Shown: positions 52,655-64,000 of the stretch, in pieces
How the letters are laid out: each line of letters starts with the position of its first letter
Position numbering within the stretch: position 1 is the first letter of the stretch
Origin: Octopus sinensis
Taxonomy: Eukaryota
DNA length: 64,000 nucleotides
Direction of reading: 5' to 3'
Assembly (NCBI RefSeq): GCF_006345805.1
Contig: NC_043017.1
Coordinates: 30,380,001 to 30,444,000, forward strand
The notes under the pieces: generated by a model
Told to the model about the DNA's origin: nothing
Database searches by the model: none
What the model saw: only the letters and a program-made list of their open reading frames with translations
Made by a program: the position numbers and the translations under genes

Positions 52655-55600
52655 ATGTTTCTTTATTAGACACACAGGGCTGCACACAGATAGAACAAAT
52701 TACAAGGTAGAGCTTTTCTTTTGAAGGTATTAAAAAAAAAAAAAAAAAAAAAAAGGGAAGGGGGAGGTTCGATCAAAAGGGATCGGAAAAGGAGAGAAAG
52801 AGGACAAAAATAAGGGGGGTTAAAAAAAAAAAAAAAAAAAAGGGGGGGGGGAGGGAAAAAAATGATCAATAGGGATCGTTATCACAGAAATGTCAATATG
52901 AAGTGTAAAGTGGAGGACAGGTGAGGTTTACCCGTGGAAAGAAAAGCCTGCGGAAAAGACCACGGTAACCTCGGTCAATGAAGTCACATTTTATATTTCT
53001 TTTTTTTTTTTTTTTTTTTTGCAAATAAGCAACTCTCTGTTTTCGATTTCTGGGTTCATAGGACTATGCTCAAGGTGGCTTCGTCATTCATACGTGCCAT
53101 TCTTGCTACATTCACCCATCTTTTTTTAAAACATTCGCTAGACAAAACTTGCCTCTCTACTCTCACTTTCCTTTTCAAGTGGTACTTGAAGAAGTTGATG
53201 AGAGATTGACCAGAGAGGAAGTGTTTGTCTCCAATCCTTTCAGACGCGTCCACCAGATACATTCTTTCGCCATAGCCACAAGGATGATGAAAATAGCTCT
53301 TCCTTCCCGTTTGAAGGAAGGAGGCGTGACAATATTGACGATAGACTCAGCTGATAAACCGACTCGTCCCACACGTGACAGCAGTTGTTCGACATAAGCC
53401 CACAGGTCGGAAATTGTTGGACACTGAACGAGTGCGTGCAGAACGGTTTCGTCGCTCTGACCGCATCTCGGGCAGGTCGGCCCCGTGTTTCTCGAGCCGT
53501 GTCTGTAGAGCTTATCCGAACGGGTAGCGCTTCTCGGTAGCACTGCCAGGCCAGGGATCTCTGGAAGTTGTCCATGGGCCCTGGCCCGAAAGTCGTCCCG
53601 AACAGGCGGGTCAGGTACTCCTCGTCGACGTCCAGGTTCGCCCCGAGCTCGTCGTCGTACCTCCCCTCCACTAAACCCCTATAGAATGCTTTGGTTGTGT
53701 TGAAGTCACTTAAGGTCGACCCAGGACGGCAGAGTTGCTTGAGAGCAACGCGACACTCGCGGTGCCATTTGCCCTTCCTCGGCCTCTTTTTGATCCACGA
53801 CTGCAGTTCGGTCATGGAGACGAGCTGCGGGAAAGCGTGCCTCACAAACGGCGACCACACCTGTTCACCGTCGTCTACATAGAGCCAGAGATGTCGCAGT
53901 CTCAGCGCGTGTCTGCGCATCATCAACCACAGCATGCCCAGCCCTCCTTTTAACGGGTGTTGACAGCAAATGGATCGCCTGACCATCGGGACGCATCCTT
54001 TCCACAAGAAGCGAAAGAGGATGCGTTGTAGTTTGGTGATGGTAGAGTCGGGACAAGGTACGACGGTCAGGCGGTAGTAGATGACGGACGCGATGTACGT
54101 GTTCGCCACCTCCGCTCGACCTTTTAGGGACAGTTTCCTCTCGGCCCATTGCCGGGCGAGAGTGACCACCCTACTCGTTATCTCGTTCCAGTTCTTCTCC
54201 ACTTGGAGGTCCGGACCAAACCAGACCCCGAGCAACTCAACCGGGCCGTCGGTCCAGCGTCCCACGACGGAGGCGCTGGTGGACGGCATGGGCTTGCTTC
54301 TCCAGGTGCCTAGTCGCAAGCCCACTGACTTTTCCCGGTTGATTTTCGCTCCTGTCACCGCTTCGTAGTTTTTCAGTGTCTCGCCGACCAGCTCGATGTG
54401 CTCGTGGCTAGACACTATGACGGTGACGTCGTCCGCGTATGCAGACACGCTCGTCCCGCATCCCAATTCTCGCGGGATGCCCCTTAGAGTCGCCAGCTTC
54501 CGCAGTAGTGGCTCAAGAGTCAATACGTATAGAAGCGCCGAGAGGGGGCATCCCTGACGGACCGAACGTGCAATGTCGAAAGGTCTCGATAGATGTCCAT
54601 TTACGCGAATTACCGAACGGATGCCTCTGTACAAGGCAGCTATCCAGCCGCGGAAGACGGGACCGAAACCAGCCGCTCTCAGGACTGCCTCCAAGTATCG
54701 ATGGTCTACCCTATCAAAGGCTTTTGATTGATCCAAGTTGATCAGGGCCCCACCCATGCCAGGTTCGTTAACTACGCTGTCTATGATGTAGCGCATCAGA
54801 TGGAGGTTGTCATGGATGGTCCGGCCTGGCACGGCGCACGTTTGCGCCTTGTCGACCAGTTTCTCGATGACAAGCGCCAACCTCTTGGCTAGCACCTTGG
54901 CCAAAATTTTCAAGTCTGCATTAAGCAGAGTGATGGGCCTAAAGTTATCTATTACATTTCCCTTGTTTAGATCTTTCTTCAGCAGTGTTACGGCTCCTCG
55001 GCTCACAAAACCAGGAATGCTCCCGTTTTGCTGCCAGTTGCAGTACACTGCCGCCAAGAGATCTCCAAACAAGTCTGGCATACAATTGTAAAGCTCGTAG
55101 GGTAGACCATCCAAACCCGGTGATTTGTCCCTCGAGCATTCTGCCATCGCTTCCCGCACTTCCGCCGCCGTGATGGCACCTTCGCAGCACCCTGCCTTTC
55201 TTGTCGAGAGTCGTGGTAGGCTATGTAGGTAGGCACTGAAGTCCACCCTACGTTCTTGCCCTCCACTCGTTCCGAACAGTCGGGCAAAATGCTGCTGAAA
55301 GGCCTCACACATTTTACTTGGCTCGAGCAATTCGCGCCCCTGTTCATCTACCAGTGACCGAATGGTGGCTTTGTTGCCCTGTTGCGCCTCTGCCACCCGG
55401 GCCTCTCTCGCGGCTCCAACACCTTCGTTCCTTAGAGCACGCATCCTAGCTCTGACAGCACATCCTTCGTGTTTGGCGTTGAAGTGTTGGTCGAGGGCCA
55501 ACCTCGCCGCCAAAACGTCGGATGCGATGCCGCTTCTAATTGCCTCTTCTAGCTTCTTAACTAGCTCACCCTCTACTCTATTTCTATCTATGGCTAGTGC

Positions 55601-56103
55601 TTTGCTGTACCTAATCGCTTCTGCTTTTACTGCTCTCTTGAGGGCAAACCACCATTTGTTGTTGATGATGGCTCCCGTCAAAGCCCTCTTTACTAGTGTG
55701 CTAATCCGGTCTCTGAAAACTTGTCTCGATGGGAAAGACGCGTTTAGTTTCCAGTATCCGGGACCCTGCCTAAGTGTCTTACCTAAGTCTAGCGTACATG
55801 TCACAAGTTTGTGGTCCGTGTAGCTGACTATGTGGAATTGTGGACATCCTATGCTATCTCTATCTACTGTCCTACACAGCATCCTATCTAGATACGATCT
55901 CGACGACCCGATGCGGTTGCTCCATGTCCACGTTGGCGCATTCGGGTGGTCTAGTCGAAACCTGTCAGACAGTTGAAAGCGTCTGAGCAGGTCTCTGAGG
56001 CATTTGCATCCCCGTCTATTCCTATCTCTACCCACGTAGTCTACATGCGTGTCCAAGGTAGCATTCCAATCCCCCACTAAGAGTAAAGGACGAGACGTTC
56101 CCA
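52655..56103 (-). mobile_element. Tx1-clade (L1-like) LINE copy 1, 5'-truncated within the endonuclease domain
   Basis: Long open ORF2 (~56100-53240, frameshift near the C-terminus): LLLVGDWNA, WTWSN...YLDR, DHK, KSPGLDG, FRPITLLNADLKI, DQSKAFDRV, VRQGCPLS, AYADD, CPRC...ET..H..C. aataaa lies 7 nt before (ATCT)n. Confidence 0.95.
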
Positions 56104-56105
56104 AA

Positions 56106-56166
<61 letters not shown>

Positions 56167-56195
56167 AAGATAGATAGATAAATAGATAGATAGAT
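56104..56195. repeat. (AGAT)n tract between Tx1 copies 1 and 2
   Basis: Directly visible. Confidence 0.97.

Positions 56196-64000
<7,805 letters not shown>

Overview
AT-rich, microsatellite-dense animal genomic DNA. The repeat families look octopus/coleoid-like, which is an inference from recognising the SINE and LINE families rather than a database match. No host gene is recognisable; only isolated exon-like segments were found. The window is almost entirely mobile elements: several tRNA-derived SINE families (one forming internal multimers), Tx1-clade LINEs, an R4/Dong-like LINE with a nested RTE fragment, a Penelope-like element (RT plus GIY-YIG), mariner, Tigger-like, Merlin-like and MULE-like MITEs, two non-autonomous Helitrons, a possible solo LTR and a ~148-bp satellite. 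The most striking signal is a set of hammerhead ribozyme (HHR) elements, all next to (TA)n tracts. (1) A non-coding 346-bp unit at 36.0-36.7 kb is present in two different circular permutations and carries a consensus type I HHR, which makes it retrozyme-like. (2) A perfect 386-bp spacerless palindrome at 50.4-50.8 kb has an HHR on each strand at its centre. (3) A core-variant minimal HHR lies in the Penelope 3' region. A second highlight is a head-to-tail array of three Tx1 LINEs, each junction being an (ATCT)n tract, which suggests microsatellite targeting. All coordinates and pairings were read by eye; no folding, alignment or database search was run.
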